From NCBI RefSeq assembly GCF_009914755.1, contig NC_060928.1: 64,000 bases of DNA; one strand, written 5' to 3'. Position 1 is the first letter of the stretch; each line of letters begins with the position of its first letter. Origin of the DNA: the human T2T-CHM13v2.0 reference genome, Homo sapiens. Below, piece by piece: positions 15,523-30,555 of the stretch. The translations under genes were made by a program, and so were the position numbers. A model generated the notes under the pieces. The model worked only from the letters and a program-made list of their open reading frames with translations. It was not told the DNA's origin and made no database searches.

Positions 15523-16113
15523 TTAGCATGACCATTAGAAGGAAATTCTGGATTTCCAATTAACAGGTGTGGCCAGTCTTTTCCTCTTTCCTTTGTAAAG
15601 TCTTCGGCAAAAGAGAACCTCATCCTACGAAGAGGCTTGGAAGGCCAGCCCTGATGTGTCTCTCTTACTTTCCTGCGCACATTCTTGCCCCAGCCCTGGC
15701 CACATGCCGTCCAGTTCACACCAAATCTCCAGGTTCGGTGTGTGCAGCAGTCTCACTGGAGCATCCACGACACAGAATGCCCCTTCCCCCACGCAGGACT
15801 GGGCCTGTTCAGATGCTGCCCCAGGGGTCTGAGACAGTGTCTGCACTCCCCTTCATCCCCACACACTCCACACACACCAACCCTCGCAGGCCTCAGACGC
15901 AGACTCTGGGACTCCATGGCCCTGCCACAGGCGGTGGGCTCCTGGGACACAGATGCTCAGGCGCACCCAGCACTCATCACAGAGTGAGTTGGTGAGCCAC
16001 ACTGGCTGAGTGCACGAGTGAGGCTTGCCCACATTCTCACCATATCCCTATTGTGTGCTAGGAAAACTTTAAAAAAGCAAATCACCTGGGAGCCACTTTC
16101 TAAAACAAAGTAG

Positions 16114-16457
<344 letters not shown>

Positions 16458-19056
16458 CATCACAATTTTTTAACAAACTCAGAGACCGAAACTCTCTCTG
16501 GTTGTGAAGCCATAGCCTTAGAATATGGACGAGCTGGGGGCTCACTCCGCGCCTCGGGACAACCTACGTCCCACCTGGCCTTCAGGACTGTGCTCAAGTC
16601 CCCTCTTTTCTTAAATGTTCCTGACGGCTCTAATCCACCCCAGCCTCTCCCTCCTAAGACCATCTACAGGACTTGCTGGTGTGTCTCTCACTGGTCCTTC
16701 TGCCAAAAGAGGTGGCTGAGTGGCAGGAAAGCCAGCATTCGCCCAGCATCTGCAATCTGCCCAGCACTGTGCTAGACACTTCTGCACTTGCCACATGAAC
16801 GTCAATCAATCCATGCAGGAATCCTTCAGGGCATGTATTCTATTACCTTATATTTTACAGATACAGAAGTTGAAGCTCAGAATCTAAATCTGCTCAAAAT
16901 CAGACACTAGTAACTGCCAGCTGGAGTTTTCAAACACCACGTCTGCCTGCTAAAGACCTTTTTAATATTCATATTCTTTCTCTCTCCCCTTTTTCCTATG
17001 AATAGCATGCAACAATTTCCCACTACCTAGATTCTGTAAACAACCTGGGAAGAGGTATGTTCACAAGGAATGGAACAGAGCAGAGGCCCCAAATTGAAAT
17101 CTACTCAGTTACAGTTCCAAGTAGAAAAAGGTTCTATTGAAAGTATGGGGCTGTTGCGTTTTTTTAATGTAAACTCTCCAGAAAGTACGACTCCATCGCT
17201 TTCTATGTAACTCATCTCTGAAGCCAAGAAGTCCTTTGTGAATGACTAATCACCCACTGCAGATTCAACCCACTCCTTCCTCTCACCAGATGAAGAAGAG
17301 AACTCACTCCAGACCATCTGCACAATATTCCTTCAGGGACTTACAGAGAGTTACCTCCCTCCCGCCCCCCGTCCTTGTTCCCGAGGCTAAATAACTTCAA
17401 TTCCTTTGCACTCCTATCAGAAGGCTGGCTTCCCAAACTGTCATCTTAGTGTGGCGTTAGGCTGGACCATCTCCAGGTCCTTCATATCTTCCTACAGACG
17501 CAACAGAACCTGATACATGGGGCCCAGCACCAGGCAAGGTCTGTACAGGAGTCCACATCCAAGTTAAAATCTCTGCTGGCTGCTTTTGGAAAACAGCTGC
17601 TTGATTCACTGAGTATCTTTTATTCCTGAAACGCAGGGTATTCCAAATTCCTTTTAGCATGGTCAAACAAACTATTCATGTCCTGGAAAAGCACGACAAA
17701 TAGCTGAATCAAACAAACGTTTGTGAACTAGTACAGGTCAGACTCCTTTCCTCAGTGCCCCAAGGAACTTACTCTCTGAATCGATGGGGTTCTGAGCAGA
17801 CACTTTCAAACCCTATTGGTGGTCATGTACTTGGCACAACCTTTTGCGTATCCCCTTAGATCCAATAATTCCACTTCTAGAAACATATGTCAAAAACCAC
17901 ATATGAAAAAAACCACATAAGGATGTTCAATAAAAGTTTGTTTAGTAAAATCTAAAAACAATCTAAATTTTCAAGAGAAGAATGCTCAGATGTACTGCTA
18001 CATCCACAGACAAACATTTAAAAGGCCAGTGCATGTGTACAGCCATTTACTTTATTAACCTCTACGAGATACTGCTGCATCAAAGAACAAAGGTGTACTA
18101 TGATCCCTTTACATAAAAGGTGAGTGTTTGTGCTTACATATACACAGAGGCAGAAGGTCATTCACCAAAAGTGTTCATAGCGGTTGTCTCTTTCTACATG
18201 CAATCTGGACTGCTTGACTTTTCTGCATAGTTGTCATTTTAAAAATCATTTTAAAAAATAAAACTACTTTCACTTTGAAATAATACCCCCTCAGAAAATA
18301 ATACTGCTAAAGAATCACTCCACTCTCAAATACCACTTATCCTTGAAATCGGCCACAGGGGTTTCAGACACTTCAGGCTTGTTAAAGTCAAACAGGAGAA
18401 GGGCCGAAATGATGAGCAAACTGTCACCACCACTGCTTTTAGAGGATCAAGTCTTTCCAATCCTTTCCAATAAGAATTCACTGAGAGCACAATTAATGGA
18501 ATTGTAAAAGGTACACAACAGGGAAGGTAGGTTTCCAATAGGGGCCACGGGAAAGCAGAGGCCAGGCAGGAAATAAGAGAGTCTGGCAAAGGGAGGAAGA
18601 CGCAGGCGCACAGCCACTCACATCCAAGGCTGGCTTGTTCCTGCACCTCTGCAACCTTGCCAAGACTCCACGTGCCCATTCCCTCACCTAAAACAAGGGC
18701 ATCGCATCAGAACAACCTTCAGTGCCCACCCCAGCTCTGAGAGTCCAATTCCAGCATTCTTATAAAGTTACAGGTCCACAGACAACAAAGCCAACTTTAC
18801 CTCTTCCAAAATTCCATTGAGAGCTGACCCCATGTCCTCCCAAAGGATAAAGGACGTGCGAATCTCTGGGCAGAGCAAGTCCCTCAAATGTACCACTGAA
18901 TGGCAGCCCCACACACCACTGTGGAATCACTCAACTCTCCGTCACTATCAGGAGAGACCCAGTCCGTGCACATGCCCCTAACACGGCCTGCATCTGTCCC
19001 CACTGTTTCCTGGGCTACCACTCACAAAACACAAGCTAAGGCAACAAGGGTCCTTG

Positions 19057-19410
<354 letters not shown>

Positions 19411-19826
19411 CTACCCTCCTCAGAGAATGACTGATCTTCACCCCTGCTGTGACCTAGAAATAAGAAAGAACTGACACTGTGCCAGTGACTAGGTAATTCT
19501 CAAATTCACTAAAATATTTCTCCCTCAAATTAATACTTAAGTAAAAGCTCCTAAACTTTTAGTTTAGAAGATCTTATCTACCTTCAGGAATCGTACATTT
19601 CTGCTGTAAGGTCTCCATCTTGCATTAGAGAAAACTAGTACTTACACAACACCACAGTAATATAACCTAGGCTCGTGGGCTTACAGTACTGGCCGTAATT
19701 TTAATTCTCGTCTTTTGGAAAGGAAAGCCCATTGGTATCTGTCTTTGCTACTTTAAGGAAAAGTGAATTCTTTAAACAAAAAGAATTCACAGAGAATTCT
19801 CTTTCCAATAATAATAAAAATAGCCA

Positions 19827-20070
<244 letters not shown>

Positions 20071-20124
20071 TGTTTGTAAAATGATATGTTATAAATACAG
20101 TAATAATTATTATTGTTATTACTA

Positions 20125-20384
20125 CAGGTTGAGGATCTCTTCTGCAAAATGCTTGGGACCAGAAATGTTTCTGATTTTGATTTTGTGTGTGTGTGTGTAT
20201 ATGTGTGACAGGGGGGTGGATTTGGAATATGTGCATTATGTACTTACTGCTTGAGCATCCCAAATCCAAAAATCCAAAATCTAGAATGCTCCAAAATCCA
20301 AAACTTTTTTTAGCACTGACATGATGCTCAAAGGACATGTTCATTGGACCATTTCCAATTTCCAGATTCAGGATGTTCAACCTG
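20125..20384. mobile_element. Tigger4/MER46-like non-autonomous DNA transposon
   Basis: TA|CAGGTTGAG ... TTCAACCTG|TA: terminal inverted repeats with TA target duplication. Confidence 0.8.
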
Positions 20385-21968
20385 TACTGACCACTTGCCT
20401 ACAAGGTGTCAGGCACTGTCCTGGGATGCTTGATACATATTTTCTCTCGTTCAGAAAATAACAGTCAGATGTCAGCCTCTCAATTGTGATTTCACAGATG
20501 AGGAAACTGAGGCTCAAGAGATTAAAGACACTGCCCGGGGCTGGACATGCTTATCCACAGAAGTCAGCCAGAGTGGGCACGGCCTGCTGACCTGGAAACT
20601 GTGGCACAACTGCACGGCATCCGTTGCTCCTGCAGCCTCAGCACCTACCACACAGCGGGCTGAGCGGACAAGATGTAAGGAGGGAACCAACAAACCGAAC
20701 AACCAAGACTGCACGGGTCCAGACCTTTTGCTCCCATATCACACAGCACAAGCAGACGCATCATTTCTTAGGAAGACTCTCCTCCCCGCGCCCAAGGCAG
20801 ACCCAGCACCTTCATGCCTTCCACTGCCGCTTGCCTCGCCTGCCTCGCTCGCCTCGCCTCGTGGCTGGCACTCCGCCCTCTGTCTGCTGCTCCCCACCTT
20901 CTTCCCTACCCCTGCCCCATCTGTTGCTTAGTCCTTTCCAGGGAAACACCAATAAATGACGAGAGCTGATCTTAGCTGAGAAATACATACACCTAGGATT
21001 TGGAATCCCTTTCTGACTTTAATTTTATATCTACAGTGACACCTCCAGATTCTGTTTTTCTGGTAAGAGGGATTAAAATCTGTTAGGAGTAACAGCCAAA
21101 AAATATATAATTTGAAATAAGAAAATCAGGGCTCCAGTTCCATTTCTATCACATATTGGCGAAACCCTTTTCTAACTGATGTATTTCAGCAGCACCCTAC
21201 GGCATTCATGCCATCATCTAAACTTCCTGTGCCGCTTGCTGCTCATCTGCAGGAAGGAATCCATGCCGCTGAAGGAAACTGAGGATAATAAAATTTTATA
21301 GTTTAAGCTGCGAAAATGGTTTCAATCCTAACACTAAGAATTCTGAGTACATACTCTTCTTGGCAAAATGCAAGTCTTTATCCAAATTACACCCCATTCC
21401 ATTGTGATCACTGTTAAGTCTGCATTCCACACAGCGCTTGAGTAAACACTGGGAAGATTGTCTCACATATTTTCTTAAAGTTTCTCTCCTTTTACTTATG
21501 CATGACAAAGAATGAAAGCCCTGTGGGGACATGTCATCTCCCCTCCCTTTTCCATCAGCAGGCAGGCATCCAGATGGAAGGCGAGGCAGCCCACCAGGGG
21601 CGGAAACAGGATAGAGTGGAATCCAGCCATAAAGCGAATTGAAAACAAAGATGCCACTGGGATTATACATGAGCCAAAACTCTGAGATTCCTCAAAGATG
21701 ATGAAAAAGGCAAACAAGATGGCTCACATCCACCAAAGGGTCACATCTTACGCCACAGGAAAATGAATGATTTTCTTGTTTTAAATCGTGGGCTTTAGCC
21801 CCAGCTCTACAACTGGTAAAAGAGCCAACGTTGTCACATAATCTCAAAGAGCCTCGTAATGTCATCTGTGAAACAGAGATAACAAGGTTACTGTGAAGGT
21901 ACCTGAGAAAGGGCGAAATGCATCGATGGGAAGATGGTAACGCCTGGTATCAAAACTTCACTGTTTCA

Positions 21969-22270
<302 letters not shown>

Positions 22271-22279
22271 TCACGATTT

Positions 22280-22545
22280 CCTAGAGACAGTGGATGCCAG
22301 GGGCAGGAGTTGGGGGCGGGGGGGGGGGGGGGGGCGCCGGCGGCGGGAGAATGGGAAGTTAGTGTTTAAGGGGGACAGAGTTTCCATTTGGGATAAAGTA
22401 TGGAGCTGGATGGTGGTGATGGCTCCACAATACTACGAATGTACTTCATGATACTTAACTGTCATTTTAAGTGTATTGAACCGTACACTAAAAATGGTTA
22501 AAATGGTAAATTTTATGTTACGGATATTTTACCACAATAAAAGGA
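22280..22545 (+). mobile_element. L1M 3' end fragment (L1MB-like)
   Basis: ggggacagagtttccatttggga...aaaatggtaaattttatgtta...ttttaccacaataaaa. Confidence 0.75.
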
Positions 22546-23053
22546 AACTTGGCTATAATCTGCTGGCATAAAAAGGCATCACATTTACATAAGTTCTGGC
22601 CCTAAAATACCAGCGAATTAAGTTGCTCCCTCTGCTATCCCTTGAAACATGATATAACCTCAGGCTGTCTACCAAATGAAAATATGTCCAGAAAATGCCT
22701 TGATCTAGAGTTGTATGTACTGCATGACAGCCCCAAAAGGAGTCTAGCTTGCCCTTTTTTCTCCTGAGCCATGAAGATCTGAGATACCCCTATGTTTAGA
22801 CACAATGCTATGCTGAAGAAGGGTGGGGGAGCAGCACAAACGGCGCTTATCCACTTAGACCCCTTTAGCAAGCCGGCTGCTTGCGAGCTGGGCAGTGGGT
22901 CACAGCAGCCAGCGTCAGCACAGATGGGATCCATTTCCCAGGACCTGGGGCTCGCCTTCTCAAACACTCTTTTAGCACTTGCTGCAAACGAAATGCAATC
23001 AGTCTGATAGCTGCACAGGTCGCCCTTGAAACAAAGAGAAGAATCTTTTGAAA

Positions 23054-23421
<368 letters not shown>

Positions 23422-23861
23422 TTAGCCTATCCGAGTCTCCCCTTGAAAAGCCAGGGAGATAAAGCAGAGTGTGAAACATGCTACATCCCACACGTGTGAC
23501 TTCAAAAATTCAGAAGTTCAAGATTTCCACACTACACACACATCTACTCTCCTGCAAGCACTTCCAAAAACACATTAGCGAGGTGGAAAGACGCACCATG
23601 TCACACAGGGCATCTCAGGCTTTATTAACTATTGAATAAAGGTATGAAGCACTATTAGACACTAAAAAGGATAAAAAAATAAAAGACAACCTTATTTGTT
23701 AAAGAGTTTATAATACAAAACACTATAACAAAAGGCAATATTCAATTCATGCCACAAAAGAGGTAAAAATAAAGTGCGGTTGTGCTTCAACGCATGGGAA
23801 ATAGAACCTAGCTGAAGTAAATTGTACACTAAAAGAGCCCTTCAATGGCTTACTGTTGCTT

Positions 23862-26800
23862 TCACAACCCCTTCCCAACTTCCCACCACAACCCATTCCC
23901 AACTTCCCACCACAACCCATTCCCAACTTCCCACCACAACCCATTCCCAACTTCCCACCACAACCCATTCCCAACTTCCCATCACAACCCATTCCCAACT
24001 TCCCATCACAACACCTTCCCAACTTCCCATCACAACACCTTCCCAACTTCCCATCACAACCCATTCCCAACTTCCCATCACAACACCTTCCCAACTTCCC
24101 ATCACAACACCTTCCCAACTTCCCATCACACCTTCCCACACCTTCCCAACTTCCCAACACCTTCCCAACTTCCCATCACAACCCATTCCCAACTTCCCAT
24201 CACAACCCATTCCCAACTTCCCATCACAACCCATTCCCAACTTCCCATCACAACCCATTCCCAACTTCCCATCACAACCCATTCCCAACTTCCCATCACA
24301 ACCCATTCCCAACTTCCCATCACAACCCATTCCCAACTTCCCATCACAACACCTTCCCAACTTCCCATCACAACACCTTCCCAACTTCCCATCACAACAC
24401 CTTCCCAACTTCCCATCACAACACCTTCCCAACTTCCCATCACAACACCTTCCCAACTTCCCATCACAACACCTTCCCAACTTCCCACCACAACACCTTC
24501 CCAACTTCCCACCACAACCCATTCCCAACTTCCCACCACAACCCATTCCCAACTTCCCACCACAACCCATTCCCAACTTCCCACCACAACACCTTCCCAA
24601 CTTCCCACCACAACCCATTCCCAACTTCCCACCACAACCCATTCCCAACTTCCCACCACAACCCATTCCCAACTTCCCACCACAACCCATTCCCAACTTC
24701 CCACCACAACACCTTCCCAACTTCCCACCACAACACCTTCCCAACTTCCCACCACAACCCATTCCCAACTTCCCACCACAACCCATTCCCAACTTCCCAC
24801 CACAACCCATTCCCAACTTCCCACCACAACCCATTCCCAACTTCCCACCACAACCCATTCCCAACTTCCCATCACAACACCTTCCCAACTTCCCATCACA
24901 ACACCTTCCCAACTTCCCATCACAACCCATTCCCAACTTCCCAACACAACCCATTCCCAACTTCCCAACACAACACCTTCCCAACTTCCCATCACAACCC
25001 CTTCCCAACTTCCCATCACAACCCCTTCCCAACTTCCCATCACAACCCATTCCCAACGTCCCATCACAACCCCTTCCCAACCTCCCATCACAACCCCTTC
25101 CCAACCTCCCATCACAACCCCTTCCCAACCTCCCATCACAACCCTTCCCAACCTCCCATCACAACCCCTTCCCAACCTCCCATCACAACCCCTTCCCAAC
25201 CTCCCATCACAACCCCTTCCCAACCTCCCATCACAACCCCTTCCAACCTCCCATCACAACCCCTTCCCAACCTCCCATCACAACACCTTCCCAACCTCCC
25301 ATCACAACACCTTCCCAACCTCCCATCACAACACCTTCCCAACCTCCCATCACAACACCTTCCCAACCTCCCATCACAACCCACTCCCAACCTCCCATCA
25401 CAACCCACTCCCAACCTCCCATCACAACCCACTCCCAACCTCCCATCACAACCCACTCCCAACCTCCCATCACAACCCACTCCAACCTCCCATCACAACC
25501 CACTCCCAACCTCCCATCACAACCCACTCCCAACCTCCCATCACAACCCACTCCCAACCTCCCATCACAACCCACTCCCAACCTCCCATCACAACCCACT
25601 CCCAACCTCCCATCACAACACCTTCCCAACCTCCCATCACAACACCTTCCCAACCTCCCATCACAACACCTTCCCAACCTCCCATCACAACACCTTCCCA
25701 ACCTCCCATCACAACACCTTCCCAACCTCCCATCACAACCCACTCCAACCTCCCATCACAACCCACTCCCAACCTCCCATCACAACCCACTCCCAACCTC
25801 CCATCACAACCCACTCCCAACCTCCCATCACAACCCACTCCCAACCTCCCATCACAACCCACTCCCAACCTCCCATCACAACCCACTCCCAACCTCCCAT
25901 CACAACCCACTCCCAACCTCCCATCACAACCCACTGCCCAACCTCCCATCACAACCCACTCCCAACCTCCCATCACAACCCACTCCCAACCTCCCATCAC
26001 AACACCTTCCCAACCTCCCATCACAACACCTCCCAACCTCCCATCACAACACCTCCCAACCTCCCATCACAACACCTTCCCAACCTCCCATCACAACACA
26101 CTCCCAACCTCCCATCACAACCCACTCCCAACCTCCCATCACAACCCACTCCCAACCTCCCATCACAACCCACTCCCAACCTCCCATCACAACCCACTCC
26201 CAACCTCCCATCACAACCCACTCCCAACCTCCCATCACAACCCACTCCCAACCTCCCATCACAACCCACTCCCAACCTCCCATCACAACCCACTCCCAAC
26301 CTCCCATCACAACCACCTCCCAACCTCCCATCACAACCCACTCCCAACCTCCCATCACAACCCCACTCCCAACCTCCCATCACAACCCACTCCCAACCTC
26401 CCATCACAACACACTTCCCAACCTCCCATCACAACACCTTCCCAACCTCCCATCACAACACCTTCCCAACCTCCCATCACAACACCTTCCCAACCTCCCA
26501 TCACAACACCTTCCCAACCTCCCATCACAACACCTTCCCAACCTTCCCATCACAACACCTTCCAACCTCCCATCACAACACCTTCCCAACCTCCCATCAC
26601 AACACTTCCAACCTCCCATCACAACCCCTTCCCAACCTCCCATCACAACACCCTCCCAACTTCCCATCACAACACCTTCCCAACCTCCCATCACAACACC
26701 TTCCCCAACTTCCCATCACAACACCTTCCCAACTTCCCATCACAACACCTTCCAACTTCCCATCACAACACCTTCCAACTTCCCATCACAACACCTTCCC

Positions 26801-29800
26801 AACTTCCCATCACAACACCTTCCCAATTCCCATCACAACACCTCCCAACTTCCCATCACAACACCTTCCAACTTCCCATCACAACACCTTCCCAACTTCC
26901 CATCACAACACCTTCCCAACTTCCCATCACAACACCTTCCCAACTTCCCATCACAACACCTTCCCAACTTCCCATCACAACACCTTCCCAACTTCCCATC
27001 ACAACACCTTCCCAACTTCCCATCACAACACCTTCCCAACTTCCCATCACAACACCTTCCCAACTTCCCATCACAACACCTTCCCAACTTCCCATCACAA
27101 CACCTTCCCAACTTCCCATCACAACACCTTCCCAACTTCCCATCACAACACCTTCCCAACTTCCCATCACAACACCTTCCCAACTTCCCATCACAACACC
27201 TTCCCAACTTCCCATCACAACTCATTCCCAACTTCCCATCACAACTCATTCCCAACTTCCCATCACAACACCTTCCCAACTTCCCATCACAACACCTTCC
27301 CAACTTCCCATCACAACACCTTCCCAACTTCCCATCATAACACCTTCCCAACTTCCCATCATAACCCATTCCCAACTTCCCATCACAACACCTTCCCAAC
27401 TTCCCATCACAACACCTTCCCAACTTCCCATCACAACACCTTCCCAACTTCCCATCACAACACCTTCCCAACTTCCCATCACAACACCTTCCCAACTTCC
27501 CATCACAACACCTTCCCAACTTCCCATCACAACACCTTCCCAACTTCCCATCACAACACCTTCCCAACTTCCCATCACAACACCTTCCCAACTTCCCATC
27601 ACAACACCTTCCCAACTTCCCATCACAACACCTTCCCAACTTCCCATCACAACACCTTCCCAACTTCCCATCACAACACCTTCCCAACTTCCCATCACAA
27701 CACCTTCCCAACTTCCCATCACAACACCTTCCCAACTTCCCATCACAACACCTTCCCAACTTCCCATCACAACACCTTCCCAACTTCCCATCACAACACC
27801 TTCCCAACTTCCCATCACACAACACCTTCCAACTTCCCAACTTCCCATCACAACACCATCACAACACCTTCCCAACTTCCCATCACAACACCTTCCCAAC
27901 TTCCCATCACAACACCTTCCCAACTTCCCATCACAACACCTTCCCAACTTCCCATCACAACACCTTCCCAACTTCCCATCACAACACCTTCCCAACTTCC
28001 CATCACAACACCTTCCCAACTTCCCATCACAACTCATTCCCAACTTCCCATCACAACTCATTCCCAACTTCCCATCACAACACCTTCCCAACTTCCCATC
28101 ACAACACCTTCCCAACTTCCATCACAACACCTTCCCAACTTCCCATCACAACACCTTCCCAACTTCCCATCATAAACCCATTCCCAACTTCCCATCACAA
28201 CACCTTCCCAACTTCCCATCACAACACCTTCCCAACTTCCCATCACAACACCTTCCCAACTTCCCATCACAACACCTTCCCAACTTCCCATCACAACACC
28301 TTCCCAACTTCCATCACAACACCTTCCCAACTTCCCATCACAACACCTTCCCAACTTCCCATCACAACACCTTCCCAACTTCCCATCACAACACCTTCCC
28401 AACTTCCCATCACAACACCTTCCCAACTTCCCATCACAACACCTTCCCAACTTCCCATCACAACACCTTCCCAACTTCCCATCACAACACCTTCACAACT
28501 TCCCATCACAACACCTTCACAACTTCCCATCACAACACCTTCCCAACTTCCCATCACAACCCATTCCCAACTTCCCATCACAACCCATTCCCAACTTCCC
28601 ATCACAACCCATTCCCAACTTCCCATCACAACACCTTCCCAACTTCCCATCACAACACCTTCCCAACTTCCCATCACAAACCATTCCCAACTTCCCATCA
28701 CAAACCATTCCCAACTTCCCATCACAAACCATTCCCAACTTCCCATCACAACACCTTCCCAACTTCCCATCACAACACCTTCCCAACTTCCCATCACAAC
28801 ACCTTCCCAACTTCCCATCACAACACCTTCCCAACTTCCCATCACAACACCTTCCCAACTTCCCATCACAACACCTTCCCAACTTCCCATCACAACACCT
28901 TCCCAACTTCCCATCACAACACCTTCCCAACTTCCCATCACAACCCATTCCCAACTTCCCATCACAACCCATTCCCAACTTCCCATCACAACCCATTCCC
29001 AACTTCCCATCACAACCCATTCCCAACTTCCCATCACAACCCATTCCCAACTTCCCATCACAACACCTTCCCAACTGCCCATCACAACACCTTCCCAACT
29101 GCCCATCACAACACCTTCCCAACTGCCCATCACAACCCATTCCCAACTTCCCATCACAACCCATTCCCAACTTCCCATCACAACACCTTCCCAACTTCCC
29201 ATCACAACACCTTCCCAACTTCCCATCACAACCCATTCCCAACTTCCCATCACAACCCATTCCCAACTTCCCATCACAACCCATTCCCAACTTCCCATCA
29301 CAACCCATTCCCAACTTCCCATCACAACCCATTCCCAACTTCCCATCACAACCCATTCCCAACTTCCCATCACAACCCATTCCCAACTTCCCATCACAAC
29401 CCATTCCCAACTTCCCATCACAACACCTTCCCAACCTCCCATCACAACCCATTCCCAACCTCCCATCACAACACCTTCCCAACCTCCCATCACAACACCT
29501 TCCCAACCTCCCATCACAACACCTTCCCAACCTCCCATCACAACCCATTCCCAACCTCCCATCACAACCCATTCCCAACTTCCCATCACAACCCATTCCC
29601 AACTTCCCATCACAACCCATTCCCAACTTCCCATCACAACCCATTCCCAACTTCCCATCACAACCCATTCCCAACTTCCCATCACAACCCATTCCCAACT
29701 TCCCATCACAACCCATTCCCAACTTCCCATCACAACACCTTCCCAACTTCCCATCACAACACCTTCCCAACTTCCCATCACAACACCTTCCCAACTTCCC

Positions 29801-30555
29801 ATCACAACACCTTCCCAACTTCCCATCACAACACCTTCCCAACTTCCCATCACAACACATTCCCAACTTCCCATCACAACACTTTCCCAACTTCCCATCA
29901 CAACACATTCCCAACTTCCCATCACAACACATTCCCAACTTCCCATCACAACACATTCCCAACTTCCCATCACAACACCTTCCCAACTTCCCATCACAAC
30001 ACCTTCCCAACTTCCCATCACAACACCTTCCCAACTTCCCATCACAACACCTTCCCAACTTCCCATCACAACACCTTCCCAACTTCCCATCACAACCCAT
30101 TCCCAACTTCCCATCACAACCCATTCCCAACTTCCCATCACAACCCATTCCCAACTTCCCATCACAACCCATTCCCAACTTCCCATCACAACCCATTCCC
30201 AACTTCCCATCACAACCCATTCCCAACTTCCCATCACAACCCATTCCCAACTTCCCATCACAACCCATTCCCAACTTCCCATCACAACCCATTCCCAACT
30301 TCCCATCACAACCCATTCCCAACTTCCCATCACAACCCATTCCCAACTTCCCATCACAACCCATTCCCAACTTCCCATCACAACCCATTCCCAACTTCCC
30401 ATCACAACCCATTCCCAACTTCCCATCACAACACATTCCCAACTTCCCATCACAACCCATTCCCAACTTCCCATCACAACACATTCCCAACTTCCCATCA
30501 CAACGCATTCCCAACTTCCCATCACAACGCATTCCCAACTTCTCATCACAACCCA
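23862..30555. repeat. Large VNTR, 24-bp unit (CTTCCCAACTTCCCATCACAACAC and variants), ~280 copies
   Basis: Directly visible tandem array of ~6.7 kb; the + strand is almost devoid of G. Confidence 0.99.

Noticed and set aside
17172-17187. Isolated 16-bp match (aactctccagaaagta) to the 41-bp minisatellite unit
   Set aside because: Single short match with no flanking similarity; cannot be distinguished from chance.
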